NCBI GenBank assembly: GCA_951406725.2 | Contig: OX597829.1 | Location: 7,626,001 to 7,690,000 of the forward strand | Direction of reading: 5' to 3' | DNA: 64,000 nt | DNA from: Octopus vulgaris | Taxonomy: Eukaryota | Part shown: in pieces, positions 63,946 to 64,000 of the stretch | How positions within the stretch are numbered: the stretch's first letter is position 1 | How the letters are laid out: each line of letters starts with the position of its first letter | Position numbers and translations under genes: made by a program | The notes under the pieces: model-generated | Told to the model about the DNA's origin: nothing | The model's input: the letters and a program-made list of their open reading frames with translations, nothing else | The model's database searches: none

Positions 63946-64000
63946 CTGAAATTACAATAATACAGAAAAAAAAAGAAAAAAAAAACAACAAAATGAAAAG

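Overview
Eukaryotic (animal) genomic DNA, very AT-rich and dominated by microsatellites and decayed transposons. The SINE/LINE repertoire looks like that of an octopus (coleoid cephalopod); this is recognition from memory, not a database result. No complete gene, rRNA, true tRNA or CRISPR array is present, and nearly all ORFs in the supplied track are microsatellite artefacts or TE remnants. The window appears to lie inside very long introns of an unidentified minus-strand gene. Three symmetric exons with the same GTATGT donor are visible: 63865-63945 (81 nt, LESFFALPRSEQKFIPRPEKTLKLLLS), 27567-27692 (126 nt, LERIFSSQSDNEKK...PPVS) and a 33-nt microexon at 3895-3927. The first two look like duplicated paralogous exons. 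Each is followed by a strong acceptor that gives an immediate stop (candidate alternative last exons), and one of these carries a perfect 17-nt complement about 1.9 kb away, suggesting RNA-pairing control of alternative 3' ends. TE content includes an R4/Dong-type LINE in a ~700-bp (AAT)n tract, RTE and CR1 LINE fragments, several tRNA-derived SINE families, a DD37D Tc1/mariner, a deleted piggyBac and TTAA MITEs, a Helitron, and Penelope-like terminal remnants with hammerhead-ribozyme-like cores.
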